A stretch of DNA of 64,000 nucleotides from assembly GCA_003971905.1 (NCBI GenBank), contig RSEE01000100.1, forward strand, positions 1 to 64,000, in the 5' to 3' direction. The DNA is from Moniliella sp. 'wahieum'. Its lineage: Eukaryota. Below are positions 12,318 through 24,680 of the stretch, piece after piece (position 1 is the stretch's first letter; every line of letters begins with the position of its first letter). Under the pieces are notes generated by a model. The model made no database searches. It was given only the letters and a program-made list of their open reading frames with translations, and was not told the DNA's origin. The translations under genes were made by a program, and so were the position numbers.

Positions 12318-15300
12318 ATGTCCTCTCGCAGTGCTCCTCCTGGTTGTCCTCGGCGTTGGATGCACCACCTGGGTTTTGTGCTGCGCTTCTTCCTCTACCA
12401 CCTCTGGTTCCCGGTTGGCTGGCTGGACAGCCTCCTCTTTCTCATGTTCTGGCGCCCCTCGCTTTCCTACAGGACCTCGTCGTTGTCCTACCGGATCTGG
12501 CGCGTAAGGAAGGAGTATTCCTTTTGAACGTGCTCGAGCGCCTTTATCATTTTGCGCTGTTGGGTTGGCTGATGCGGCTTATCACGGCATTCGCCGAGTG
12601 CAGCAGCGAAGAAGACCACGAACAAGACACCCCACTGCACCTTGACACCCCCTCAGGCGGCACCCCTGGGCGCTTTCCGGGCCAAGTCCCCTTTGTCTAC
12701 TATTAGTATGTCCAGCTTGCACCTCTCCCCCCTACCTCCCGTCTCTGACCTCAGCTCGAATCCTACAGGCAATGAGCCCACCTCCAGGCCGCCTAGCCCT
12801 GCTTTTCCTTTGACCGGTACGATTGTGCCCCCGACGCCTCCATCCATGTATGCAAGTGCTGCTTCCCTCCCACCGGCCCAGGACTGGATCATGCCCCCAA
12901 CACCACCTCCGATGATGGAAGTACGCGATGGTTCGGCTGCTGCTACGGTGCGGCTCAGTGTTCCACCTACGCCGAGTCGAAGTGGCGAAGGTGTGGATAA
13001 GGCCATCCGTCCGATGGATCGGAGTGTGTCTCCGCCTCCCCCTCCCGCATATTCCCAGGCCACGGCCCCGTCCCTAGGACTGTGGAGCGGAGCGAGGCGC
13101 CTCCCCCTCCCCCTCATCCCCGCATTCGTCGGGTCGTGATTTACCGTCTTCCACCACGACGAGCGGTGCCTGCCCCTCGGCCCGTGGAGCCAAGTGTTTC
13201 TCTGACCCCTCGCGCGCTTAGTCCGACCGTGTCCCCTACACTCCCGTCCGTCAATGCGAGCGAGTCTCCCTCACCTCGTCTGATCGGTGGAAGTGCGGCT
13301 TGTGCCTCCTGGCCGGAGGAGCGGAGTGAGTCTCCTCACCCTCCCGCCCGCAGCCGGAGCGTGTCCCCTATGCTTCGCCCCCCCGTGGCTCTCACACCTC
13401 GTTGGGTTACTCCAAGTCCGACCCCTTCCCCTCGTCTGACGGATGAAAGTGGACCCCTTGACCGAAATGATCCAAGTGCGGCCCTTCTCCTCGTCCGTCG
13501 GATGCGAGCCGGTCGCCGTCACCTGTCCCACGTGGCAGGAGCCTGGCTCGTACACTCGTCGGAGGGTGAATTCGAGTGGATCAACCCCTCGGCCTACCAC
13601 AGGAGCGCCGCCCCGTCCCCTGGTCCGCGTGGTCGGAGCATGCCCCCTCCCTCGCTCTTTGGATTCGAGTGTGTTTTCACCTCGTCCATACGATCGGAGT
13701 GCCGCCCCGTCCCCTCGTCCGGAGAGTCCCGCTGGCTCACCTTCTCCTCGTCCGTATGGCCGGAGCATGGCCCCCTCCCCTCGTTCCGTGGATTTGAGGG
13801 TGTTTTCACCTCGTCCATACGATCGGAGTGCCGCCCCGTCCCCTCGTCCGGAGAGTCCGAACGTATCAACTTCACCTGTCTTCCCTGACCAGCAGGTGGA
13901 GCCTGCCCCCCTACCTACGGCTCTGGGCATACAGAGTGCCGAACGCTCGCCAGATGGCCCCCTAGCGAATGAGGGAGACCCGATTGTCCGTGCTGAAGAC
14001 GCAATTGCCAAAGGGGCCCTCCTACCCCAACCCATCCTCGACCAGGAGTCACTTGCGGTCGCGGATGCAGCTGCTGGTGGTCCTGCCGCCACAGTCGTTC
14101 CGGAACCAGCAGTCGTCTCGCCCGAGCTCGATGTCGCCCCGGACCACAGCGTCCCCGCAGACACACTTTCGTTCCGGAGCCAATGTGGTCCTCAGAGGCT
14201 GGCGCGGTTCCAGACCCCTCCACCAATGATGCCTCCCTTCCCGCCCATCTCGAGGCGAAGCTGCGTACAGTCATCGCGATTGGCATCCAGGAGGGAATCA
14301 AGGCAGGAATTACAGCTGCCCTAACGGAAGCGTACAATGCTGGAGTAATTGAGGGGATCCAAATCGGTTTCACCTCTGCTTCCGAGTTCACCAACAACCA
14401 GGGGGCTGCCCACATTCCAACAGATGAGCTCGCCAACCTGCAGCCTCCCGTCATCCCCGACGGTGAGATCGTGGCCCTACCCCAAGTTGATGGCCAACAA
14501 GCACAAACAGTCAACCCCTCGAGTCTCTTCGAAGAGGGCGCCAACGCTGAAGTTGAGCTCGTGCACCAACTGGATGTCAAAATCGCTTCCAGTGAGCCAA
14601 CCGTCGAGCATCTTCCTGTCACTCCCACACCCGACGGAGAGTTGATTTCTGGCCCCCCAGATGATGTTGAACAAGTGCTGTTAACGGTAAATGCCTCTTT
14701 CCCCGTCGATGAGTGTGGCACCACGATTGAGCTCGCCCACGAATCGGAAGTCAACATCGCTCTCGCTGAGCCAGCCGTCCAGCAGCCTCCTGTCATCCCT
14801 GACGGAGCGCACGTGAACCTCCCCAGATGATGGTAAACAGGCACTAGCGATGGTCAATGCTTCTAGCAACGTCGGGGAGTGTGTCACCGATGAAGCTGAG
14901 CTCGCCCACGACCACGATGCCAGCATCGTTCCCATGAGCCAGCCATCGAGCAGCCTCCTGTCATCCGTGACCCCATCAGGTACGTCTTGATTTCCCTCAC
15001 GATGCTGGCGAACAAGGACTAACTGTTTCTGCCACAAGTGCTTTCCTGTATGGCACCGCCGCTGAATTTGAGCTTGCGCTCCAACAGGATGCCAACCCGT
15101 CATCTCCAAGCGACCCCATCCAGAAGCCTCCCGTCATCCCCGAGGAAGAAATCGTGGCTCCGCCCCAAGCTGATGGTGAACAAGCACAAACAGTCAACCC
15201 CTTCAGTCTCTTCGAGGAGGGTGTCAACGCTGGGGTTGAGTTGGTGCACCAACCGACGGATTTCAACATCGCTTCCACTGAGCCAACCGTCGAGCAGCCT

Positions 15301-18300
15301 TTTGTCATCCCCGACGAAGGGTTCGTTCCTCTCTCCCAAGATGAATTTGAACAAGCGTTGGAAAGTCTAAATGCCCTCTTCCCAGTCGAGGGTGTACCAC
15401 CACGGAAATTGGGCTCGCCCACGAATCGGAAGTCAACATCGCTCTCTCTGAGCCCGCCAGCCAGCAGCCTCCTGTCATTGACGACCCCATCAGGTATGTC
15501 CCGATTTCACCTCAAGATGCTGGTGAACAAAGACTAACTCTATCTTCCTCAAGTGCTTTCCTGTATGGCACCACCGCTGAATTTGAGCTTGCTCTCCATC
15601 AGGATGCCAACCCGTCATCTCCAAGCGACCCCATCCAGCAGCTTCCCGTCATCCCCGAGGAAGAGATCTCGGCTCCGCCCCAAGTTGATGGGGAACAAGC
15701 GCAAACAGTCAACCCCTTCAGTCTCTTAGAGGAGGGTGTCAACGCTGAAGTTGGGCTCGTACACCAACCTGATGTCAACACCGCTTCCACTGAGCCACCG
15801 GTCGAGCAGCCTCCTGCCACTCCCGACGGAGAGTTGATTCCTAGTAGCCAGCAAGATGGTGTTGAACAAGCGCTGGTGACTTCAAATACTCTCAGCCCCA
15901 TCAAGGAGTGCGCCGAATCGGAAGAAGAGCTCGCACCCCACCAGGATGCCAGCATCGGTCCCACTGAGCCAGCCATCGAGCCGCCTCTGGTTATCCCCGA
16001 CGGAGGGAACGTGGCCCTACCTCAAGATGATGGTGAGCAAGCGCCGGTGACCGTAATCACCCCCAGCCCCATCGAGGAGTGCACCACTGCTGAAGTTGAG
16101 CTCGTGCAACGCCTATCGGATCTCAACCTTGCTTCCACGGAGCCCCCTGTCGAGCAGCCTCTTTTCTTCCCTGACGTCGATCCCCCGGAGCCAACTGTTG
16201 AGCTGCCTCTTTTCTTCCCTAACATCGATCCCACGGAGCCAACTGTTGAGCTGCCTCTTTTCTTCCCTAACATCGATCCCACGGAGCCAACTGTTGAGCT
16301 GCCTCTTTTCTTCCCTGACGCCAGGTACGTCCCGATTTCCCCCCAAGATGATGATGAACAAAAAGCACTAACTAGATCTGCCTACAGTCCTATCGAGGAG
16401 TGGGCCACCACGGAAGTTGAGTTTGCCAACCACCAGAATGCCAGCATCGCTCTCACTCAGCCAGCCATCCACTGGCAGCCTCCTGTCATCCCCGAAGGAG
16501 GGTTCGTTCCTAACCCCCAAGATGATGGTGAGCAAGCGCTAGCAACTGCGAATGCCTTTGTTCCCATCGAGGACCGCGATGAGGAAATGGGCTGCGAATC
16601 ACCTGCCGAGGCGGATGATAACTGTGAGCCAATGAGCTGCGAATCACCTTCCGTGGAGGAGGATCGCGATGAGCCAATCGTGTGCGATGCACCTTCAGAA
16701 GTGCTAACCGCAGGGGTGATTACTGCCCCAATCCAAGATGTCGAGATGCTGGCTGATGTTGACGCTTCCAGTCTTGCTCCGATGGCATTTTCAGTCCCGT
16801 ACGCTGGTCAAGAGAAACAGGGGTCATGGGCATCAGCGGTGGCCCAGCTTAATCCGGACCAACAACGTTCCGCCACCGAATTTTTTGCGTCTTTCAGTGG
16901 TGGGGCCGCTCATACTGCTTCTGGTGGCACGGCATTCGCGCTCACTGGTCCATTTCAGCATCCAACTAATACTTGCATTGTGCCAAAAACACCTGACCCA
17001 CCTACGCTACTTCCCAATGGATGGGGGTCCAATGCTACTGTTCCTTCACACTCTTCGTGGGGCGCCAATCCAGTTGACTCCTTCGCGAGCCAACAGCCAA
17101 AGACAACGCACGCGCCGCCCTCTGCATTCGGGGTTCTTGCCGGGAGTACGGCGCAGCAACATCAATCGTCTGGCACTGTTTTCCAACCTGCTCAAGGCCA
17201 TCCGGGTCCCAACAATGGGTTTGCGAGTTACGCTACTGGCTCAGCCAAGACTGGTTGGACCAACAACCAACCAAAACCAAGCCAGTTTCCCAGCAGCTTC
17301 CCTCTGCCTATGTCGCACCCGGCGAGGACGGATTCAGGTGGCAATGCACCCGTTTGGGATCACACCCCGCTCAGCCTACTCTTCAGCCTATGGACCAACC
17401 GATGGATCAGCCTATGGATCAGCCTATGGATCAGCCTATGGCTCAGCCGATGGCTCAGCCGATGGCCCCGCCAATGGCCCCGCCGATGGCCCCGCCGATG
17501 GATCAACCCATGACTCGGTCAATGGCCCAGCCTATTCCTCAGCGCCCATATGTTGCGAGCAAAGAACCAGTGGGAACCTCAACAGCCGCCCCGTTGAAGT
17601 CCGCCTCGGAAGCATTTGCTTCTAGGCAGCCACTCCCAAGTGGCAATACAGTGCAAGGTTTCCATGGCCAAAATGTTGCCCATACTGGTGTCGCAACAAC
17701 GGTTACGGATGGACCAGCACAGGCTGTCCAACCTCCGAAAAATCATCTGCAGGCTTCTCCTCGTCCCAACGAGGCTCCTCGTCCTAATTGGTTGCCACCA
17801 GGCGCTCGCATCCAAGGCGTACCTTCTGCTCCTAGCTCCAAGCTGGCTGGGGCGCGATCCCTGGCTTTTATTCCTAAACGGCCTGTCCGGAATCGCGCCA
17901 CGCCTGGTCCGCTTCCGCGGGTCCAACAAGGGCCATCCACCGAATCCGTGGTCCCTATCACTACTCCGACCCGGGCCGCCTCGGCCTCCACTCCGGCCCT
18001 GGAGCAGCCTACGTTGGGTCTCGACAGGGAACAGCCCCCGCCGAGCCTCACCACGGTTCAACCTCAGCAGATGTCGCAACCGCAAAGTGCTGTAACGGAT
18101 CGTTCTTGTGACCTGTCATCTTTCTGCACAAACTTCCACTGCGGCATCTCTTTCTGCTCAAACTTTCACTGCGGCGTCTAGTACCCCTGTTTATGTGTGA
18201 AGCGCAAGGAACCTTCTTCTGATCCATCTCCATGGGATGATGGAGATGATGGTTCGGGAGATGAATCCAATCGTGGTTCGAGGCACAAGGTCGCTCGCAC

Positions 18301-19474
18301 TGGGGACTATGATGCTGATGGCCATTCCAGTGATCCTGATCCATCACCACTTGGTCATCAAACTTGTGGTCTATGTGGAAAGCGGAAGGAACCTTCCTCC
18401 GATCCATCTCCCTCGGATGAAGACTGGGATGGTAATTCGGGAATTGAATCCAGTCGTGGTCCGAGGCACAAGGTCGCTCGCACTGAGGACTATGACACTG
18501 ATGGCCATTCCAGCGAGCCATCCACCTTTTCCGTACTTCCCACTTCGGTAACATCAACACCCGCCAGTAACTATTCCAAGGGAGATACGTTACCACCATG
18601 GACTTGGGAGGATGACGTCGATGGTTCCCTCTGGGACTCGAAGCATGGCGATGATACTCCCTGCGAGCTTCCTGATTTTACCATCCCATCAAGCATTACG
18701 GCCGCTGGTGACCGTGGGAAGGGGAAAACCCCTCTTAGGAGGCCATATCCTGGGGAAGATGAGGCCGATGGTCCTCCGGGCGACCCAGCAGACTGTGCCG
18801 TACCAACCACGCCGGCCGCTGGTGCTCGTTGGAAAGGGAAGGCCCCTTTGAGGGGACCATGCCCTTGGGAAGATGATGCTGATGCGTCCGGGTTTGCCGT
18901 ACCGATCACTTCAGATGATGACGATGGTTGGGAGCAGGCCCCTTGTTCCATCCCAAATCCATTGGACTATGATGCCGAAGGTCTTCTATGGTGGCACCCC
19001 GAGGAGTTCCCGGACGGCCTACGCCGGCTTCTGTTTGGCGAGGGGACGTGGGTTGTTCTTACTGGGTGCCGTCTGATCCGGACGAACAGTAACGGTACTC
19101 CGCGGGAGACATTGTCCTCTTTGAGTGGCGCCGCTTTCCTGGGATCTCTCTCCCTCTGGTCCGGCCGCCAGGGCCGTGGTCGTAGCAGAGTGGTGGTGTC
19201 GGCGGGTGCTACTAGTAGTGTCGCGGGTGAGGGTGAGCCCAAGCACCTACTGTGTATTATTTGTTTACGCTTTTCCATTTTGTATCGCCCAAGTCTTCCG
19301 TCTGTCTCTGGGTTTTTGTCCGCCTTCCTCAACTTGTTCTTATGTATGGGCGTGTGTGTCTCTATTTCACCGGTCCTATCTCGTATCCAAACTTTTGTTG
19401 TACCGCGAACTGTCTACCAAATATCGTTCCAGCATCGCATTGTCTCTGTCATGACGCCAGTATGCAGAAGGTAA
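12318..19474 (+). CDS. Giant orphan Pro/Glu-rich repeat protein (roughly 2,000+ aa if the ORFs are joined), with hydrophobic N-terminal segments
   Basis: Continuous chain of overlapping + ORFs (12642, 13082/13443, 14183, 15154, 15834, 17255, 18197) with codon-preserving internal repeats. Hydrophobic N-terminus HLGFVLRFFLYHLWFPVGWLDSLLFLMFW. Start, end and single-gene status are inferred. Confidence 0.55.
13560..13870 (+). repeat. ~129-bp coding tandem duplication (VFSPRPYDRSAAPSPRPESP), two near-identical copies plus one degenerate
   Basis: gtgttttcacctcgtccatacgatcggagtgccgccccgtcccctcgtccggagagtcc at 13671 and 13800. Confidence 0.9.
14400..16570 (+). repeat. About 12 copies of a ~170-bp (~57 aa) acidic coding repeat (QPPVIPDG...QDDGEQA...EE..AEVEL.HQ.D.NIASTEP.VE)
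   Basis: QPPVIP-like anchors recur at about 14441, 14610, 14784, 14953, 15125, 15296, 15465, 15638, 15808, 15980, 16155 and 16477. Confidence 0.9.
16140..16320 (+). repeat. 48-bp coding tandem repeat (PTEPTVELPLFFPNID), about 3.5 copies
   Basis: Near-identical gagccaactgttgagctgcctcttttcttccctaacatcgatcccacg units. Confidence 0.9.
17385..17510 (+). repeat. 12-bp coding repeat (MDQP/MAQP/MAPP), about 10 copies
   Basis: atggatcagcct / atggctcagccg / atggccccgccg units. Confidence 0.9.
18198..18520 (+). repeat. ~180-bp coding duplication (KRKEPSSDPSP...RHKVART.DYD.DGHSS)
   Basis: Two copies starting at about 18200 and 18380. Confidence 0.85.
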
Positions 19475-22228
19475 ACTAGTAGATGCAGCACTACAGTTTA
19501 GTTATACCGTAGTACAGCAGGGGTTCATGGTGGCTGGCGAGACTATAGATGGACGGAGAACCACAAAAAGATTTTCAGAGTATCAGTATAAGCGGGTGCG
19601 ATATAACGGCAGTGCCAGTCGAAGCAAATGCGTGCTTTTGTTACATGACTGGGATGTGCATACTACGAAGAAACGCTTCTTCTTACCCACTTGGTTGAGA
19701 ACCGATAACGACAGCAGCCTTCCTTGGATTCTGATGTGCCAATGCGGATCAAGTTGTGATTGATTGACCTCCCCTGTCGGGATGAGACCCACTTGATCAC
19801 AGTTTGATCACCAAGTTGACTGGTCCCTGATTTGTTCTATAGACCCTGTTTCCCCCCCTTTGACTAAGTATACCCACCTTTCTTCCTCTGTGTGATTTAG
19901 CTCGCATGTTCTCTTCTTCTCCGAGGGTTATATACTAACCTCGCCCTCTTTCCACTCGATGAATATAATCCTCATCCTTTCCCATCTCCATCTCCTGTTA
20001 CAAGTTACATGTTCTCCCCAAAATCCTTGCTGGTGTCCCTCTACCCATACGATCCCTCTCAAACTTGTCATCTTTGACGTTCTGCATATATCTCCCTACT
20101 ACTAGTCCTACTAGCAATAATAACCCGGTATAACACTGCCACTCTGCGGGACGTGCTACCTGGGTATCGCAATCCTGAAAGTGCATGCCGTGATACATGC
20201 ACGATTGATATCGTGGATACCATAATCCAGATGGGGTCCGTGATACTAAGTGGTGTTTGTAGGTTATACTACTACCAAGTACTCATTCAGGTCTCGAGAA
20301 GAAGCACAACGGCCGGCCTGCCATGTCTTTGCGCGATTACTCGGTATGTGGTTCCGAGCATTCATAGACCAAAGTGGAGCTGGTGCCCGGTCGAGCATTG
20401 CTTGACACGGGTGTGGGGGTGTGGGCGTGAGGAGAAAGGGCTGATGGGGGTGTCGACGGTGGGCCTGGGTGGTGGTCGGTCGGATGCTGGTGGATGATGC
20501 ATGGCGATCAATGATCCCAAATCGGATGCTTTGGCTGCTTAGCTAAGCGCTTAGACTGCTTTGGCCCTGCCGATGCATGGGGCACGGTCCATGGGACATC
20601 ACATGTGATGCACATGGAACGGGGGCCATGCCCGTGACATGCATGGCACGTGAAATTTGAAATGGGATCTCAATTTCATCACACAGAGCTGCTGGCTGGG
20701 GGTGCGTGGGGGCAGGTGGGGGCATAGGCAGGTGCGAATGTGAGCGCGAGCACTAGTCACTGTCACCAGTCACTTTGTCACCGGTCACCAACGACCGGCA
20801 CATGTGACGTCACATGTTACGCCAACGCAGTACTACTGACGTACTGCCCACTGCACGCAGTACTAGTACCCAGTCTGAGATTTAGAGTTCTGAGCACTCC
20901 GGCCGGCACCCTCTGGCTAGGCTCAGGTGCTCAGCCGCTGCTCAGCTCGGGCTGAGTCCTGAGGCTCAGGCTCAGTGCGCAGGCCTCACGCTGAGCTGCC
21001 TGTAACATGCAACAGCTGTCCTCAGGCGGAGCCTGCCGAGGGTGGCGAGGGCGAGGCGGGGTACTGGCGGGGCTTGGTTAAGGCTGAAGGCCAGGCACAC
21101 GCAAGCGGGGCGGTGCATTGGGCCCAACGTCCTATCGGAATGAATAAAACAGCCCCGGACTCACCGAATCGATGATCGATGCCATGGCTTCAGACGCTTT
21201 TGCTTGAATCTTGGTCCCCGGTCCTGGTCTCTGGCCTCGGCCTCAGCCTCCGAGATTTCAGAGAAGACGTCTGTAAGCTGTATCTCCGGTGCCGGTGACA
21301 TGTGACGAGATTGGATGGATTATCGATTACGATTACGCTGAATAAGCTGAGCTTCGGTTGAACACCGCTGGTCACATGCACCGGCGAGCGATAATGGATA
21401 CTCGATAGTGATCTGGGCGAGTGGAGAATGGAATTGGATAAGCAATTGCTTGACAGGGTGGAGGTTGTAGCAGCTGCCGCCAACAGGGGGATTTGGTGGC
21501 ACTGCCATGCGCCCAGGCGGGCACAGCAGGGCACTGCTTGGCCCGCCTGGTCGCGGCCACTTCAATTTGAAACGCACGCAGTGCGTGATGCGCATGCGTC
21601 ATCGCCATCTCTGCCTCCGCTGCGCCCAGGCGCAGCAGCCGCACAACAGCAGCCGCGCCCAGAGCGTGCTAGTGCGGCCAGGGGCAGTGCCAGGCCCACG
21701 CGGTACGGTGCCTGATGCATGGGGTTGCATGCATGCTGCCCCCGCGCGTGCCAGCACCAGCGCTGTGTGCTCCGGCAGCCAGGCGCCGGCCAGTGTGGGC
21801 ACGGGATCGCATGCTGCATGCTATCCGCCCTGGTGCATCGCGTATCCAACGGCGAATTTGCCGTGCCAGATGCGCCCGCTCTGCGCCAGTGCCCGCCGCC
21901 CCAGGCCGCTCCCGCCGTCTGCTGCTCATCCATCCATCTCTCGCCCCCATCTCCGTCTCTCTCTCCGTCGCCCTTTCGGCTGCCTCCACTGCCACCGCCA
22001 CCGCCTTCGCCATCGCCACCACCACCACCAGTTGGGCGCCCAGCAGCCACCCCAGGCCCCCGCACAACCTCGCGGCGTCCCCCCGCACTCGTCATCTCCC
22101 CATATCGCCGGCCTCACCCACTGGTGCTACTACCCCGTCCAGCGGGAGCACCCCCAATCGCAAGCGTGCGTTCCGTTTGGGCTTGTCCAAGCGGACCTCC
22201 CCCGTTCGCAGCGCCTCCCAAACCAGTG

Positions 22229-24680
22229 ATGGCATCCCCCCCACATGCTCACCAACGACGCTCCCGCCTTCCAGCCGCCCATTTACCACGACAGGGCTGT
22301 TGCCATCCCGCCCTCTCAGCCGCCCTCAACCCTCGCCTCCCCTGCCACCTCCAGCACCGGCACTTCCTCCGACACGCCCAGCCCAGTCTCGTCCGCGGAG
22401 CAGTCCACTGCCCAGCACCTGGCCTACCTGCCCAGCTCGCATCCTATCTTCCCCAGTGCCAACAACCACGAAGAACAGATGCGCATCTTCCATGCCGCCA
22501 CTGGCGCTGCTGCCACCCAGTCGGCCGATCCCACGCCCCAGGTTTCTCCTACACCACCCGCACTGCCAGTCCTCCGGGTCGGCCCCGCATGATGAGGACA
22601 GTGGAGATGCTTGGTCCGTTAGTCCTTCTGTCGCCCACTGCCCAACTCCATTCTTCTCTTCCGTTCTCCTCAAACGAGTCCACGCAACTGGCACCCCTCC
22701 TCCGACACTGCCGGGCACGACCGGTTCCCTGGCACCTGCTGGACCGGGTCAGAGAACGATCTGCAGCGTTGGCCCACGTTTAGGGGTCCAACGTCCCGAT
22801 GAACGGCATGCGCTCAGTTTTAGTTCCCAAGACTTTGAACCACACAAGAAAGCCAACACGGGAAGCTTTTTACGCTCTGTTTCGCGCCCGACGTCCCGTC
22901 CGGGCTCGCGTTCCGGGCCCTCGGTACCCACTCCGTCCCTGTTGAAGCGAAACAACTCAGTCTCCTCGCCGGCGCAGGTATCGAGCGGCGGATCAAACGG
23001 GAGTTTACCCAGTGCCCCTGCTCCTGCTACTCCAACGCCAGGAGGAGGTGCGACATCGGGAGGCAGTACTAGTTCGCTTGGCGGGTTGTTGCATTGGCGT
23101 CGCGTGGGCGCGACAAAGACACTAAGGGCGGGTGCCGCCGTGCGTCCCAAACGCAAGGGGTCTTTGGGATCGTGGTTGGCTTTGCTTCACATCAATTCAC
23201 CCTCGCAGGCTAGTCCTGTATCTTCACCTTCCTCGCCCGCTCCCGTGCCGGCCAAACCGCATTCTTCTTCGGTCGGCCACCTGCCCGGCTTGGCCTCGAC
23301 CTCCTCTGCGTCCAGGTTCTGGCGCGACCGCGCATCCCCATGCCGCCGGGTGTAGGACGCCGCACCACTCGACCTCCGCAATCAAGGTTTGCGCGGCCGA
23401 GGTGGGCCCCGGTTTCGTTCAATAAGATTAAGCTCCTGGGCAAGGGGACGTGGGCAAGGTCTATCTTGTGCAGGAAAAGAAAGTCGAGAACTGGAGAAGC
23501 TTTTGCCATGAAAGGTACGTTTTTTTTTCTTTTAAATGCGTGTGTGTGGGGGGGGGATTTAAGCGCCAGATACTGACTTGGAGTCGGGTAAACAGTTCTG
23601 AGCAGAAGGAGTGATCAAGCGCAACAAAATTAAGCGCGTTATGGCCGAGCAGGAGATCTTGCGTCGCTCAACCATCCTTTTATCGTCACGCTCTACACGC
23701 TTTCAATCGGAAGAGTACCTCTACCTCTGTATGGAGTACTGTGTTGGCGGCGAATCTTCCGTGGCTGCAATCCTTGCCGGGCAAATGTCTACCGGAGGAG
23801 GACGCCAAGTTTTATGCGGCCGAGTGACAGCCGCGCTGGAGTACCTCCATCTAATGGGCTTTATCTACCGCGATCTCAAGCAGAGAACATTTTGTTGCAC
23901 GAGTGGCCACGTGATGCTCTCGACTTTGACTTGTCCGCCCGTGCCGGTCCTCCTGGCGGTGCGCCAGCTGCGATCCGGCAAGCGACACCCACCAGTGTGC
24001 CCTTGGTCGACACACGATCTTGCATTGGCGACATGCGTACCAATTCTTTGTCGGTACCGAAGAGTAATTGCGCCCGAAGTGATTCAGGGTTGTGGTCACA
24101 CCTCGGCGGGGACTGGTGGACGCTGGGGATCTTGATTTACGAAATGGTGTATGCCACGACACCATTCAAAGGCTCCTCGCGCAACGGCACATTTTCCAAT
24201 GTGCTTAAGCGCGACGTGGTCTTCCCCGAGTCCTCTCCCGGTCATTCCGTCCCAACGCTGTCCCTGGCGGGCAAGAGTTTGATCAAGAAACTCCTGATCA
24301 AGGACGAGACTGTCCGTCTTGGTTCGGTTTCGGGCGCGTCGGAGGTCAAAGAGCACCGCTGGTTTGCCTCGCTGAACTGGGGCTTGCTGCGCAACCGACA
24401 ACCACCAATTTTGCCCCCTAAGCCCGCTGAGGTCCTTGCCGCCCTCGAGGCCCAACAGGCTCGTACCGCCGCTGCCGATCCGTTCAAGTCAGCCTCGGCT
24501 TCGGCTTCCGCTGCTTCGTCCGTTTCGGGACTGGCGCCTCTGCCGCTGAACAGCACGCAGGGTCTGGCCCTGGATCATCTCCCTGGCACCCAGGGCGATG
24601 CTCGGTTCACCCCCGACTCGAACAACCCCTTCTCGGGCTTTGAGTGCATTACGCTTCACCATGATGAGGACAACGATTGA
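22229..24680 (+). CDS. nrc-2: AGC-family Ser/Thr kinase of the Nrc-2/Kin82/Fpk1 (flippase kinase) type; frameshifted
   Basis: VGPVSFNKIKLLGKGD, FAMK|VL across intron 23515-23595, IKRNKIKRVMAEQEIL, FQSEEYLYLCMEYCVGGE, ALEYLHLMGFIYRDLK, IAPEVI, DWWTLGILIYEMVYATTPFKG, RLGS.SGASEVKEHRWF, NPFSGFECITL. Start approximate. Confidence 0.9.

Noticed and set aside
14400..16570. Regularly spaced repeats as a CRISPR-like array
   Set aside because: Units are wholly homologous, codon-preserving coding repeats with no unique spacers; the context is eukaryotic and no cas genes are present.
9050..19474. Divergent paralog pair as a bE/bW-type mating-type locus
   Set aside because: No homeodomain (WFxNxR) motif seen in either copy.
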